This document shows positions 26,457 through 40,359 of a stretch of 64,000 nucleotides of DNA, in pieces; within the stretch, counting starts at the first letter, position 1, and each line of letters starts with the position of its first letter. Made by a program: the position numbers and the translations under genes. Source of the stretch: Azolla caroliniana (lineage: Eukaryota; Plantae; Polypodiophyta); NCBI GenBank assembly GCA_043228905.1, contig JBHGNT010000007.1, forward strand, positions 9,114,001-9,178,000. Direction: 5' to 3'. Below the pieces are notes generated by a model, which had not been told where the DNA came from, did not search any database, and saw only the letters and a list, made by a program, of their open reading frames with translations.

Positions 26457-27606
26457 ATGACCCCTTGGCTGGTCGTTTTGGCATTACAAAGACACTCAAA
26501 TTAATCTCATGAGGATATTGGTGGCCTCAACCATGGAAGTTCATCAAGAAATTCATCAGGACATGTGATATTTGTGTTAGATCCAAAGTCATCAACCATA
26601 GGCCATATGGGTTGCTCCAACCACTTCCCATTCCCAACCGGCCTTGGGCATCAATTTCCATGGATTTCATCACTAACTTGCCTCTTGTCCACGGATATGA
26701 CCTAGTGCTCGTCATGGTAGATCGATTTACAAAGATGGTTCATTTTGCCCCTTGTGCAAAGACTATTTCAGCAGAAGCAACAACATATCTATTTTTAAAG
26801 AATGTGGTGCGGCTTCATGGGGTTCGAGATGATTTCACCTCAGATCACAGACCCCAATTTGTCTCTCATTTTTGGCGGTGGCTCTTTCAAACATTAGGCA
26901 CAACAGTGAATTTGTCTTCATCTTATCATCCTCAAACCGATGGCCAAACGGAGTGGGTGAACCAAATTCTTAAGCAATACCTTCGATGCTCGCTTAGCTA
27001 CCAGCAAGATGATTGGGTTGACCTCCTACCCTTGGCAGAGTTCACATATAATAATACACTACATGGTTCAACTTGGGTCACCCCATGGTTTCCATCCTCG
27101 CTTCAGTATTTCCATCCATGGCAACTCTATCAACCCGTCAGCGGAAGGACGTGCTCGTATTTTAACCAACATTCATCAAGACCTCTCCCTCAAATTCATC
27201 CTTGCAAGGGACCGGTATAAAGCGCAAGCTAATCGACATCGTTCCGCTACACCCGGCTTTGCAGGTTGTGATCAAGTTTGGCTCTTACGTCGCCATGTCG
27301 ATACTTCTCGACCTTGCGAAAAGTTGGGACCTTTCCGCATCATTGAGTGTGTCAATCTTGTCACTTTCCGGCTGGAACTTCCTCCACATTTCTGTATTTA
27401 TAATGTCTTCCATTCCTCTCTTCTCGAACATTATCATCCATCCACTATTCCTAGAAGACACTTTCCTCTTGCACCTCCAATTGAGCTTTCTACAGGTGAG
27501 GAGTATGAGGTGGACAAGATTCTGGACTCTCATTGGCATCGACGACAATGTCAATACTTAGTCCTATGGAAAGGGTATCCCATTTCATAGGCAACTTGGG
27601 AACAAC

Positions 27607-28524
27607 ACTAGTTACAAAATCATAATTCAGTTCTTGTTCTCTTGACTACTTTCTCTCTCTCTCTTTCTTATTATCTTGTCTATGATCTCTCTCTCACTCT
27701 CTTAGTATTGAGCCTCGTCTACTTGTCTGTGACATCTAGCCAAATGAATCATGGAAGGGGGTTGTTCGTGGGGAGGACTTTGCTTCGCGTGGTACGGCAA
27801 GCGAGTGAACAACGTCAAATAACCTATTTGATTGTTGCATAACCGGATGAAGCACAAGTATGGCCATTAGATTTGGAATCCCACTTTGAGCGGTTACACT
27901 CACAGAGGCAAAGAGTGGTCAAATGGCTTGCTCTAGAGGTGATTTAACACAATGAAGTGCAGACCCATGGCAGTTTCTTCTCAGGAGAATATGATCTTGT
28001 GAGAGTTGCTTGATTGAAGATTTCAACTAAATTGAGATCTCAAAATTTGTTATACCAAAGTGAAGTTGTCAAAAAGATCTTCAGAAGATACAAAAAAAGA
28101 AATGATGATGAAGACAAAGGACGATTGTATGTAGAATCTAAACACCAAGCTCTGATACTAGATGTTGGAAGCAGATGTTAAGATGCGGAACAAAACCAAC
28201 ACTCTTTGAGATGAAGATCTTGAGATGATACAGAGCAATAGATTGATAATGCAAGACAACTTAAACATAAGACAAGATCAACAAGAAAAGCAGAGGGAAG
28301 TACACCAAAGTAGGCACAAATAGAATGTGACTGTATTATCAAGCTCAAAGTTACAATGCCAGAATGTACAAAATGAACAACCTTAAAACTAGGTTACAAA
28401 AGTAAGTTTAAATACCAACTGACTTAGGGAAACTGCCCTTTCCACTATTTACATAAATGGCCTAAAACCTAGTATGTCCAAATAGGACAGTGTGAATACA
28501 TCCATTAGAAACCCATATTTGACA
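27607..28524 (-). mobile_element. LTR element D: 5' LTR (28524-28163), Met-i PBS (28160-28149) and a decayed leader region
   Basis: Minus strand reads TGTCAAAT...TCCAACA followed by tagtatcagagc (PBS variant). Confidence 0.65.
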
Positions 28525-29638
28525 TTGGCAACCCCCTTGCCGAATCCGAAATGGCAGCGATCCCCTAATCGAAATCAACCTCCATTCAACTAAAAGATTG
28601 AAAAATGCAATCGGCAAAGTATGTCGAAAGGGCCATAGAAGGAAAACAAGATAAGATGCCAAAAGGCTGATCCAAACCGGCCATAGCTTCTACTCCTTCA
28701 TCAATCAATCCCCAAAAAATGGAGAATGACTTAACATCGCCGAAATCTTGTTTAAGGGGCAAGTCATCCCACAGGACTCTTGAATATGATTCAAGAAATA
28801 CCAATCAACTGCCATAGATGATTGAAGAATCCCAACCGACAAAATCGGCACCCAAAAGGTCTGGATGATTCCGAAGGCCAACAATGTTTTATCAATAGGG
28901 CCTCGATTACGTCAACTACATGGATGTAGGTGAACCCAACTCATATGAGGAAGCTATAGCCGCACCAAACGCCGAGACATAGCTACAAGCCATGCGATCC
29001 AAGATGGACTTGATGAAAGAGAATAACACATGGGAGCTAGTAGACTTACCAGCTAGAAGGAAGCCGCTACCGTGCAAATTGGTCCACCAAAACAAGTATG
29101 TATCTAGTTCGGATTGACCCAAGTACAAAGCTCGAATCATCGCAAAGGTTTCAAACAGGAACATGGGGTCAACTATGACGAGATCTTCTCGCCGGTAGTC
29201 AAGAAGACCACCCTTCGGCTCCTACTTGGGGTCGTGGCAACGGAAGACCTAGAGCTTGAACAACTTGACATCAAGACATCCTTCTTTCACGGAGATCTAG
29301 ATGAAGACATTTATATGTCTCAACTGGTAGGCCTCACGGCGACGAGGGAGCAAGGACACCACATTTACAAGTTGAAGAACAACCTATATGGCCTCAAGCA
29401 AGCGTCGAGAATGTGGTATAAAAAATTTGATACCTACATCCAATAGCTCCGCTATAGCTGGTCGGACTCCAACCCATGCATGTACATTCAGCAATTGACC
29501 GATGAGTTCCAGATCTACCCGATCCTTTATGTCGATGATATACTGATTGTAGGGAGCAATCAAGCAGAAATTGGAAGACTAAAGTGGAGCCTTCACAACA
29601 AATTCGTGATGAAGAAACTCAGACAAGACAGACATATC
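28525..29638 (+). mobile_element. Ty1/Copia fragment E (linker plus RT)
   Basis: EPNSYEEA, NNTWELVDLP, KGFKQEHGVNYDEIFSPVVK, LYVDDIL, with stops and frameshifts. Confidence 0.88.
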
Positions 29639-31707
29639 TGTTAGGTATATGTCCCTCATGTGGGAGTAGCCGACTGGTTGGCTGAGTAAGAGCCAATAGT
29701 CGAAGACATGCAGAGTCGACTAGAAAGTCGACAACATTGTGTAAGTGATCCAAGTCGAAGACACGATTGACTAGTCGGGCCGATTGGACAGTCGACACTA
29801 GAGTCGGCTAGTCGAATCGACTAGTCGATCAGCCTACTGATTACCTATTATTATTATCAGATTAATAATAGAATTGAGAGTAGTAAGAACTATATTTGTA
29901 AATAGCCCATAAATACACATAGGTGTATAAGTATAAATACACCTAGGGCAAACTTTATGTGTGTAACAGAAAGAGGGGAAGTGTGTAGTGTTTCTGGTGT
30001 TGTGTTAGATAGGGTGTGATAGAGAGGTGAGAGACGTTAGGTAGAGAGAGTGAGAGAGCGGTGCTATAGCTGAGTGAGCTTAGACGCTAAGAGCCATGTG
30101 TGGCTGATACACTCTACACAGAGAGTGTTGTATTTTGTCTCCTTTTGTATTCTCCATTGTATAGTGGAAGATCTATTCTCTCGTGGTTTTTCCCCATTTA
30201 AGGTTTTTGTCAAAACCAAGAATAAAAGATAGAGTGATGGAAGAAGGATATAAGAGAACATGAGAAGAAAAGGGACGAAATGATAAGAGAAGAATGGGTG
30301 TATTAAGATAGAAAGAGAAAGAGAATGGATACAAAATATGCAATGAGAGCTAAAGATTGGTGTTGATTCAAATTGGTTTGAGAATAATTGTATGTCTATA
30401 TTTATAGGTTCCTATAGAATAGCCTAGAGATTTCTATAATGTTCTAGAATGTTCTACACTTAGAATATTCTAAGATGTTCTAGAATGTTCTAGAGTATTT
30501 ACAATAATATGTATATTATAAAAAATAACTTTTATTATTTTATATGACAATAGGCTATCTTAATGGTTAGGTTCTTGAGATTATGTATTACAAGGTCTTA
30601 GGTTCAAGCCCAGGTGAAGCCATGATGTTTATGTATTCATGACAATTTCCACATAAAATCTGTGTATTCTGTGCATTTGCTTTTCTGTTCTTCCGCACTA
30701 TTGTGTATTGACAATCTGTCTTCCTCACGAATCATAGAGATTGAAACCCAACAAATTGGTATCATAGCTTGAGGTGCAAGCATGGAAGGAGGTGTGAGTG
30801 GCTTCCCAAGTATGATAGTTCTAAACTCTCAGAAGTATGCAGACTGGAAGATAAAGATGGAAGACCTTCTCATAGTTAAAGACCTATATGAGCCCATCGA
30901 CCAAGCAGAAATACCACGGGGGTATTAGAGTCTGAATGGAAACTCTTAAACAAAAAGGCGGTGGCCACCATTAGAGAGTGCGTCAATGTAAGTGTCCTTT
31001 AGCATGTGGCGAACGACACAAATGCCTATGAGATGTAGTAGACGCTATTAGGTCTATATGAGAGGAAGAATGCCCTCAACAAAACATCCTTGATGAGAAA
31101 GATTATGATGCTGAAATACAAGGACGAAGAAAGCATAGTGGAGCACGTAAGCACATTCATGGGGTATGTGAACCAACTTGCGGCAACCAAGTTCCCATTG
31201 GAGGATGTAATGCAGACCATCCTTCTAATGTGTACCTTGCTGGATAGCTGGGAGAACCTGGTGGTGACTCTCAGCAGTTCATGTCAAGAAGAGAACTTGT
31301 CTCTACAAGCGGTAAAGACAAGCATCTTGAATGAGGAGACAAGAAGGAAGGACAAGGGTGTCCTGTCCCAATCGTAGTCAAACTTGACTCAAACTACTAG
31401 TAGAGGAAGGAACTGGAAAAGGAGTCCTCAAAGAAGGGAAAAGTCCCATGCCAAATCCAAGTCCAGAGGCAAACTGGCATGTTTCTATTGTGGAAAGCCT
31501 GGACACTTCCAAAAGGACTGCCGACACCTCATGAAGGACAAAGGCGTCGGTAATAATGTTGAATGCAGGAAGATTCCTAATGAAAAGAGAAAATTAGTCG
31601 TAGCTACAAGTGTAGAAGAGATCATGTTCATTTGTGAGTAGGCAAGCACAAATCTTGCAAGTGAAGAATGCACATGGGTGATTGAATCTGGTGCATCCTT
31701 TCATATA
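29639..31707 (+). mobile_element. Ty1/Copia family F copy 1: 5' LTR (29639-30753), PBS (30757-30768), gag and start of protease
   Basis: TGTTAGG...CCAACA; tggtatcatagc; zinc knuckle CFYCGKPGHFQKDC; WVIESGASFHI cut by element J. Confidence 0.9.
30208..30644 (-). mobile_element. Solo LTR G inserted in the F1 5' LTR
   Basis: TGTCA...TGACA ends; decayed TSD gtttt/atttc splitting the motif tagggtttccac that is intact in the related LTR at ~60832; minus-strand TATA box at ~30400-30410. Confidence 0.75.
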
Positions 31708-33369
31708 TGTTGAGATACAAGCTCAACATTGGGTGCGTAAACCAGGTGCGCAACTAAACGCCATATCGGTGAGTAAACCAGGAGGCCGTTGGATAGATAT
31801 TCCGCGGAGGAATATATTTTGGGAGTTAGTGTAAGGGCTCATTGATGAGCATTGAAGTACGAGTCAGTACTTCTGTCAGTGCATATGGACTTGTATAAAA
31901 GTGCTCTCTGAGCACATCCCATGTACAGAGCACATTGTGTTGTTTGAATTAAGTTTTTATGTCTGCTCTCTCTGTCTCTGTCTCTCTCTCATTCTCTGTG
32001 TTCTCTGCATTTATTGAACTGTTGTGTTTCCGAACATCAAGTGTATACTTAGTGTCTTTTACACACGCTTTCACACATCGTATTCTTCTACATGGTATTA
32101 GAGCGTGAGGGTTGAGACTCCTCTACAGCCGATAAAAAAGCAAGTGATCAAGACAAAGTCAAGTTTTCTCGTTTTCGGAAAAGATACGACAGAAATATGG
32201 ACAGAGGAATGGGAAGCTCGCTTCCGACTGAAAAGCTTGATAGGAGCAACTACGCATCTTAGTCATTCAAGATGCACGAGTACCTGCTCGGCCATGGCTA
32301 TTGGAGTTATGTTGAAGGAGCTAATGATGCAACACCTGAATCGACACATAGAGACTTCCCAGCTTGGGAACAAGCGGCAAGCAGAGTTCTCGACTGGTTT
32401 GCGTCCTGTGTGAGCGATCAACTCTTGAGCTACATTTAGGATGCGAAGACGCGAAAGGATGTGTGGGCGAATCTCAAAAGGATTTTCGTCGCCCGCACGA
32501 CGACCAAGAAGCTGCAGCTCAGGCAAGAGCTAAGCAATGTCTGGCAGAAAGATCTATCTGTGGCCGATTATACAACCCATATCAAGGAGATTTGCGACTC
32601 TCTCGCCTCCGTCAACGTGAACATCGAGGAGGATGAAATGGTGCATGTTTGCATTGGAGGGTTAGCGTCTAAGTTCAAAACATTCCGAACGGCTCAGGGC
32701 GAGCCGACACGGGTCCCGCATTCGTCATGAAGCACAAAGCCAACTCGATGGCGGTGAATACGTTGAGGTCGAACGAGGTATGGTATGTGGATTCGGGAGC
32801 ATTGAACCACATGACGAATCACCAAGAATGGTTCTCAACTCTGGAAAAGCCGGAGTAGCCGGGGGTCGTTGAAACTGGTGATCACACCCCTCACCCCATT
32901 GAACACATTGGAGATGTCCCTCTCAGCCATGTCGCCCAAAAGGGAATCATGAGAAATGTCTTGCATGTGCTGACAATCACCAAATATTTGGTGTCGGTCA
33001 TACAGATAGTCGACCAAGGCATGCAAGTTCGATTTACTCATCTTGGGTGCTTCATAGAAGAGGAAGGCAAGGTAATTGTGCAAGGGCGCTGAGAAGGGAG
33101 GATGTTCATCCTTGAGACCAATGACTTAGGAACCACAATATTTGCGAAAGGGCAAAAGGTCGAATCGGATATCGACCTATGGCACAAGCGGTTTCGCCAC
33201 AACAACTCTCCATAGCTTCGAGAGATGCAGATGAAAAACATTTTTTTCGGCTTGCTGAAATTTAGTGGCCGAAAGTGCCAAGTCTACGAAGCCTGCCAAT
33301 TAGGGAAGCATCATTGACTTCTGTTCCCAAATGAAAGAAATCGGAGCCGAAACAAGCTCGATTTAATCA
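31708..33369 (+). mobile_element. Ty1/Copia element J: 5' LTR (31708-32092), PBS (32093-32104), gag, protease and GAG-pre-integrase; 3' truncated
   Basis: TGTTGAG...CTACA followed by tggtattagagc; EKLDRSNY gag start; WYVDSGALNHM; LWHKRF.H. Confidence 0.9.
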
Positions 33370-33417
33370 TGTAAAGAATCGGGTATGATTCTTGTGTAGC
33401 GGAATAGATATGTGTTA

Positions 33418-33448
<31 letters not shown>

Positions 33449-34165
33449 AAAATAGAGGAGAGAAGAGAACACAAGATAGATAAGCAAGAGAAATAAAATT
33501 CTCAAGAAGAAGGTGTATATTTCACAAGTAGAATAAAGATACAAAATTATAGCATTACAAGGAGTCACAACCGACTTGTATAAAGTATGAGGAGGGTGCT
33601 TTATATAGAGTCACCCTCTCTCTTCATTAACTTACAACAACCACTCTCTCTCTTGGGGAATGTGAAGACTCATTGTCATGGGGAATATATAACTCATTAG
33701 TTATGTGTCATAGAATTATATTCTATTACACATAGTTAATGTGTAGAGAGTAGTGGTGTGACTCTTGACCTTTGAGTAATCATGGATTCTCAAAAGGTGT
33801 GTTCACACGTTGCACTATGTTGAGCTTGATTCCCAACACGCCCCCTCAAGCTCAACTCGGGTCGGTTCCTTTCAGTGGATGTTTGCTTCGGCTCGTATCC
33901 GGTTCGGACGATCTCCAGTGTCTGCTTCGGCTCGTACCTGGTTCGGATGGTATCCGATTCTCACTTGTACTCCCCCTCAAGCTTGGCAAGTCAGGAATCG
34001 TCAATGCGAGGTCTGACATGAATTACCGAAGCTTGTCCGCTCCTAAGGCTTTGGTGAAGATGTCGGCCGTCTGAAGATTCGTGTTGATATGTTGAAGGTC
34101 GACATCTTCGGTCTGTACCCGTTCTCGAATGAAGTGATAATGCACTTCGATATGCTTTGTGTGTT
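33370..34165 (-). mobile_element. Ty1/Copia family A copy 2 (inverted): RNaseH end, PPT and 3' LTR (33838-33370)
   Basis: Minus strand TKHIEVHYHFIRE..QTADIFTKAL; the LTR is homologous to 21771-22224. Confidence 0.9.
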
Positions 34166-37100
34166 GAGCAGAAATATCCACAGGGGTATTAGAGTCGGAA
34201 TGGAAATTTCTCAACAGAAAGGTGGTGGCCACCATCTGACAATGCGTCGATGTAAGTGTTCTTAAGCATGTGGCGAATGACACAAATGCCCACGAGATGT
34301 GGCAGAAGTTGTTAGGTCTATATGAGAGGAAGAACGCCCTCAATAAAACCTCACTGATGAGAAAGATCGTACGACTGAAATACAGAGACGGTGAGAGCAT
34401 CGTCGAACACATAAGCACATTCATGGGGTATGTAAATCAACTTGTTGCAACCAAGTTTCCCCTCGATGATGCCATGCAGGCCATCTTTTTTATGTGCACA
34501 CTATGGGATAGCTGGGAGAACCTAGTGATTACTCTCAACACCTCCTGTCAAGAAGAGAACTTGTCTTTACAAGCAATGAAGACAAGCATCTTGAATGAGG
34601 AAGAGAGAAGGAAGGAAAAGGGTGTTCTAGTCCAATCGGAGTCAAATTTGACTCAACACATCAAAGGAGGAAGGAACCGGCAAAGTAGTCCACCAAGGAG
34701 AGAAAAGTCTCAAGCCAGGTCGAAGTCCAGAGGGAAGCTTGTGTGCTTTTATTGTGGAAAGCTTGGACATTTCCAGAAGGACTGCCGACATCTCAAGAAG
34801 GAAAAGAGTGTCGGTAATAATGTCGAACCCAGGAAGATTCCTGAAGAAAAGTACAATTCAGCCATTGCTACAAGCAATGAAGAACTTTTGTTCATTTGTG
34901 AACAGACAAGTGCAAATCTTGTAAGAGAGGAATCCACTTGGGTGATCGATTCTGGTGCATCCTTCCACATAACTCCGTCGAGAGAGTATTTCTCGACTTA
35001 CATAGCCGGTGATCATGGTTATGTAAAGATGGGTGACAGTGGGGAGTGCAAGGTAGTCGGAATCGAAAGTGTCCGCCTGACGACATCGACAGGGTGTCGG
35101 CTAACTCTGAAGGATGTTCGACATGTCCCCGATATCAGATTGAATTTGATATCGACTAGAAGACTTGATGACAAAGGCTACAATGGTAGTTTTCGGAATG
35201 GCAAGTGGAAGTTCTGCCGAGGAAATCTTATAGTGGCCCGAGCACAGAAAGAAGGCACATTGTATATGATGCAAGCTCGACTGTGCAAGTCAGAAGTGAA
35301 TGTGGCAGCCGACTCGGCAGGACAGATATGGCATAAGAGGCTAGGCCACATGAGTGAGAAGGGACTGCATATGTTGGCTGACCAGAGGCTTCTACCAGAA
35401 GTAAAGTGAGTGCACCTGGAGAAGTGCGTCGACTGCATAGTTGGAAAGCAGAACAAAGCAACATTCCACTACAGACCACCAATGAGAAGAGAAGTGCCAC
35501 TTGAACTAGTACATACAAATGTGTGCTATGTAGATGCTCCGTCGCATCGAGGTGGACAATACTTTGTGACCTTCATCGATGACTACAAACGGAAGTTGTG
35601 GGCTTTCATACTAAAGTCAAAAGATCAAGTACTATCATTCTTCAAGGAGTTGCAGGCAAGAGTTGAACGGGAGTTGGGCCGGAAGTTAAAGGTTGTCTGA
35701 ACCGACAATGGTGGCGAATATAAAGGGCAGTTCGAGGAATACTACAAGGCCCAAGGTATTCGAATCGAATACACAGTACCGAAGACCCCTGAGTTGAACA
35801 GGCTTGCAAAGAGGATGAATAGAACAATCATGGAGAGAGTAAGAAGTATGCTCTCTCATGCTAAATTGCCGAAATCCTATTGGGCTGAGGTGATGTATAC
35901 AATTATTTATCTGATCAATAGGTCTCCCTTAGTGCCATTGAAGGGTGATGTCCCACAGAGGGTGTGGACAGGAAAGGATGTCTCCTACCGACACCTGAGG
36001 GTGTTTGGATGTTATCATATATGCGTGTGGCTAAGGATTAGAGGTCGAAGCTTGACAGTAAGTCAAAGCCATGCTTATTCATGGGATACTCGGAAGATGA
36101 GTTCGGCTATAGGCTATGGGACTTAGTCGACAAGAAGGTAGTCAGGAGTTGGGACATAGTCTTCTTGGAAGACAAGATCATAGAGGACTGGAAGCAACAG
36201 AAGTCGGAATCGACTAACCAATCAACCTTGACTACTATTGACTTGAGGCCATGTGAACCGACACAATCGGTTGTTCGGAGACAGCCAGTCGGCACAACCG
36301 ATTCCGAGTTGGTCAACTCGGAGAGACCGACCGACTATGAGTCCGAGTCAGCGGAGTTGTTAAGATCGATCGAGGAATACAAGTTGGAGTCGTCCAACCT
36401 TGAGAAGCCGATCGACATATATGAACCTGAGCAAAGAGGAGAGTCGGGAGAGAAACCCGAACGAGAGCCAACAATGAGTGAAAGGAGATACTCACTCAGA
36501 GAAAGGAGAGCACTAACAACATATACCAGTCAATACATTCTCTTGACTGATGAAGGTGAGCCAGAGTGCTATGATGAAGCGATTGCCGACAAGCAAGAGA
36601 GAAGTGGCTGAGCGCGATGCAAGATGAGATGACTCCTTGCACGAAAACTACACCTACGACTTGGAAGAATTACTGAAAGGCAAGAGAGCACTCAGGAATA
36701 AGTGGGTCTACAAGGTGATGACTGGAGAAGCCGACAGTGAGCCTAGGTATAAAGCCCGCATAGTGGTGAAGGGGTTTCAACAAAAAAAAGGTGTCAACTT
36801 TGACGAAATATTCGCTCTAGTCGTGAAGATGACATCCATCCGAATTGTTCTGAGCATAACGGCCAACATGGACCTAGAGATCGACTAGTTGAATATCAAA
36901 ACCACATTCTTGCACGGGGAGCTAAATGAAGAAATTTACATGCAGCAACTCGAAGGCTTTGAGCTGAAAGGGAAAGAGAACTTGGTGTGTCGACTGAAGA
37001 AAAGCTTGTATGGTTTGAACCAAGCTCCACGCCAGTGGTACAAGAAGTTTGAATCCTTCATGGTGGAACATGGGTTCCACAAAACATAGGTTGATCATTG

Positions 37101-38310
37101 TGTGCTCGTCAAAAGGTACGACGAAGGCAACTTCTTGATTCTCTGGTTATATGTAGATGACATGTTAATAGTTAGTCAGGATACAAGGAAGATCGGAAGC
37201 TTGAAGAAAGCTCTAGGAAAATCGTTTGCCATGAAAGATCTTGGTCTGGCTAAATAGATATTAGGGATGCACATAGTTCGAGATAGAACTAAGAAAGTGT
37301 TGTGGTTGTCACAAGAGAAGTATGTGACGAAAATCCTTGAAAGATTCAACATGTCGGACGCAAAGCTAATCAGATTGATGTTGCCGACAAATTGCAGGTT
37401 GAAAGTGAAGCAGTGCCCGAAAGGGGAGAAAGATAAGGCTGAGATGAGGAAAGTACCATATGCCTCAGCCTTCGACAGTTTAATGTACGCTATGGTTTGC
37501 ACGAGACCGGACATAGCATTTGCTGTGGGAACAGTAAGCCGATACATGAGTAATCCAGGATGAGAACACTAGGCAGCGGTGAAATGGATACTTAGGTATT
37601 TAAAAGGCACCTTGGGTGTGTGTCTTAAGTATGGTGTCGAAAAACCCATGCTCGAAGGGTTTACCGACTCGGACATGTCGGGGGATGTAGACTCAAGCCG
37701 ATCCACATCAGGGTACATGATGACCTATGCATGGGGAGCAGTGTCATGGCAGTCTCGACTGCAAAAGTCTGTGGCCTTGTCGACCATAGATGCAGAGTAC
37801 ATGGCAACGGTAGAGGCCAACAAGGAGCTGATTTGGATGAGAAATTTTCTCAGCGAGTTGGAGATGAAGCAAAGGGATTTCTTGCTCCATTGTGATAGCC
37901 AGAGTGTCATACATCTAGCCAAGAATGTTGCATACCACTCCCGGACCAAGCACATACAGAGAAGGTATCACTAGTTGTGGGAGAAAGTCGAAGAAGGAGA
38001 GTTTACTCTCATGAAGATCCATACTGACGACAATGGATCCGACATGTTGACAAAGAACCTACCGATGGACCGACTTAGAGTCTGTCGACAAAGGACAGGA
38101 ATAACGGACTCCTCCCCACAGGAGTGAAGGGGCAGTTTGTTAGGAATATGTACATGCAGTGGGAGGAGCCGACTGTTCGGAGAGAGCTGGCAGTCGAAGA
38201 CAAGGAGCAGCTGACTGATTGGATGAGTAATATGTACCAACATAATGTAAATGGCATAGGACTAGTTAGTACTAGGTAGTAGAATTTAATGAGGTACTTT
38301 AAAGTCCCAC
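34166..38310 (+). mobile_element. Ty1/Copia family F copy 2: near-complete gag-pol with stops, PPT and start of the 3' LTR (from 38138)
   Basis: gag is paralogous to 30900-31700; WVIDSGAS, integrase, RT (YVDDML), RNaseH; PPT gtgaaggggcag. Confidence 0.92.
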
Positions 38311-38361
38311 ATGCACAGAAAGAAATGAGGGAAGTGGGGAAATCTCTGACACCAACCACGA

Positions 38362-38974
38362 TGTAACGGTCTCCCCTTGTGCTATAAAAGGTGAGGCTTG
38401 AACCTATTTTAGGTATCCGGTTTTGGGGAGTACGAAGTGTTGTCGATTTGTGGGCCGAGCTCTTGTTTTTTTTAATCATAATTACTTTACCCTAGTGGTA
38501 AGTTGTTAGCACTACAAGCACTGTGTTTTGGGTTCGAAACCCAACTTCCTCACCTCTCTATTATATACTTCTTATATATCTCTTAATTCATTAGATGCCA
38601 CTGTGGAATGTAGGGGTTGAAACCATGACCATCTGGTCTCCATTGGGCAACCTTACCACCTGAGCTACATCCATTTGGCCTCTCTCTTTCTCTCTTGTGG
38701 GCCGAACTCTCCTCTCTCTATCTCTCTCGTGTACGATTCAATAAGGAAGCCTTTGTTCGTGCCATGAGCTCCCGACCAGAGGATCCTTGATCTATCTATG
38801 TGCATATGGGTGGGGGGGGGGGGGGGTGTGTTTCGTAGAGCGTATGGCTCTGCTATCGACTGAGCCTGGTTGTAATATGCTTACCTTAATCTATTAGCTT
38901 CTCGTTTCGGGTTTTCATCTCAATTTATGTTTCTTCGTAATCGGTTTCCCGCACTACCTGCGAACGGCGTGACA
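38362..38974 (+). mobile_element. Probable solo LTR H
   Basis: TGTAACG...CGTGACA inverted ends; TATA-like gctataaaagg; imperfect TSD (cacga/cacgg). It sits inside a minus-strand fragment that begins TGTCGCGG at 39124. Confidence 0.6.
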
Positions 38975-40359
38975 CGGTTCCTTCCGCGAACCTACACACT
39001 TGTTGTTCGGCTTCCGATATCCGATTAGGCACACTGTCACGGTTGCTCTTCCTACTCCCTCGGTCTCCTTGGTTCGAGACGCCCGTGGCCCTACCTGTTT
39101 CAACACTTGCGGAAAACCGCGACAACGTCAAGAATGCTTTTCTTCAAGCCGAATTAGAGGAGGAGGTGTACATGGTACAACCACCTAACTTCGAATCGAG
39201 CACCCATCCGAAAGCAGTCTGTCGATTAAAGAAGCAACTTTACGGACTTAAACAAGCACCACGTGCTTGGCACTCGAAGATAACACAATATCTTCATCGA
39301 ATCAGCTTCCAAATGTCAAAATTTGACAACTCTCTCTATGTAAGAAGCAATTTTGAAAGTCCAATTGTCATCATCCTATATGTGGATGATCTGGTCATTA
39401 GAGGTGAGCATCTAGTCGACATCGACAAGGTCAAGTCCCTCCTCTCCAACAAATTCGAGATGACAGACATGAAGGAGCTCCATTACTTCCTTGGCATTGA
39501 GGTAATTAGGACTCCAGCCGACATTATAATCTCCCAACGAAACTACATCCTTAACTTGTTATACAAGTTCAGGATGACTGAGAGTAAGTTTGTGGCAACC
39601 CCTCTGGATCAGAACCTGAAGCTAACTGCTAACTCCGACATAGAAGAATGCGAGCTGACTTAGTATCGACAACTGATCGAGAGCCTCATCTACCTCACGA
39701 TCACTCGACCCGACCTTAGCTATCTTGTCAGTCTCCTCAACCAATTCATGCAAAAACCACGTGACATTCACTTGGATTGCGCTAAGCGAGTGTTATGATA
39801 CGAGAGTGACACAATCGATTGTGGCATCCTCTACAAGACGACAATGGCAATTCGACTCGAAAGGTACACAAATGCCGATTGGGCTAGCTACATAACCGAT
39901 CGACTATCAACCTTTGGTTTTGTCTTCTCCCTCGGAAGTGGAGCCATTTCCTGGAGTAGTAAGAAGCAACCAAATGTCTCTCTTTCTAGCACAGAGGCCG
40001 AATACATGGGTGCATCGGTGGCTGCATGTGAAGTCGTATGGCTCAAGATGATTTTGAAGGATCTAGACGTTCCCATCAAGGATTCGATTCCCCTTTATTG
40101 CGACAACATGAGCAATATTTATCTGGCTCAAAACCCGGTGTTCCACACATGCACGAAGCATATCAAAGTGCACTATCACTTCATTCGAGAGCGCGTTCAG
40201 GCCGGAAATGTCGACCTTTACCACATCAACACGCATCTTCAGATATTTGACATCTTCACCAAAGCCTTAAGAGTTGACAAACTTCGACAATTCATGTCAG
40301 ACCTTGGATTGACGATCCCTGACTTGCCAAGCTTGAGGGGGAGTATAAGAGAGAATAGG

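Larger units (their letters stand above)
22225..27606 (+). mobile_element. Ty3/Gypsy chromovirus fragment (integrase plus chromodomain), interrupted by Copia B
   Basis: KCHDD|PLAGRFG is split by the insertion; PWASISMDFIT, YHPQTDGQTE, a GPF motif, and chromodomain EEYEVDKILD..QYLVLWKGYP..ATWE. Confidence 0.9.
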
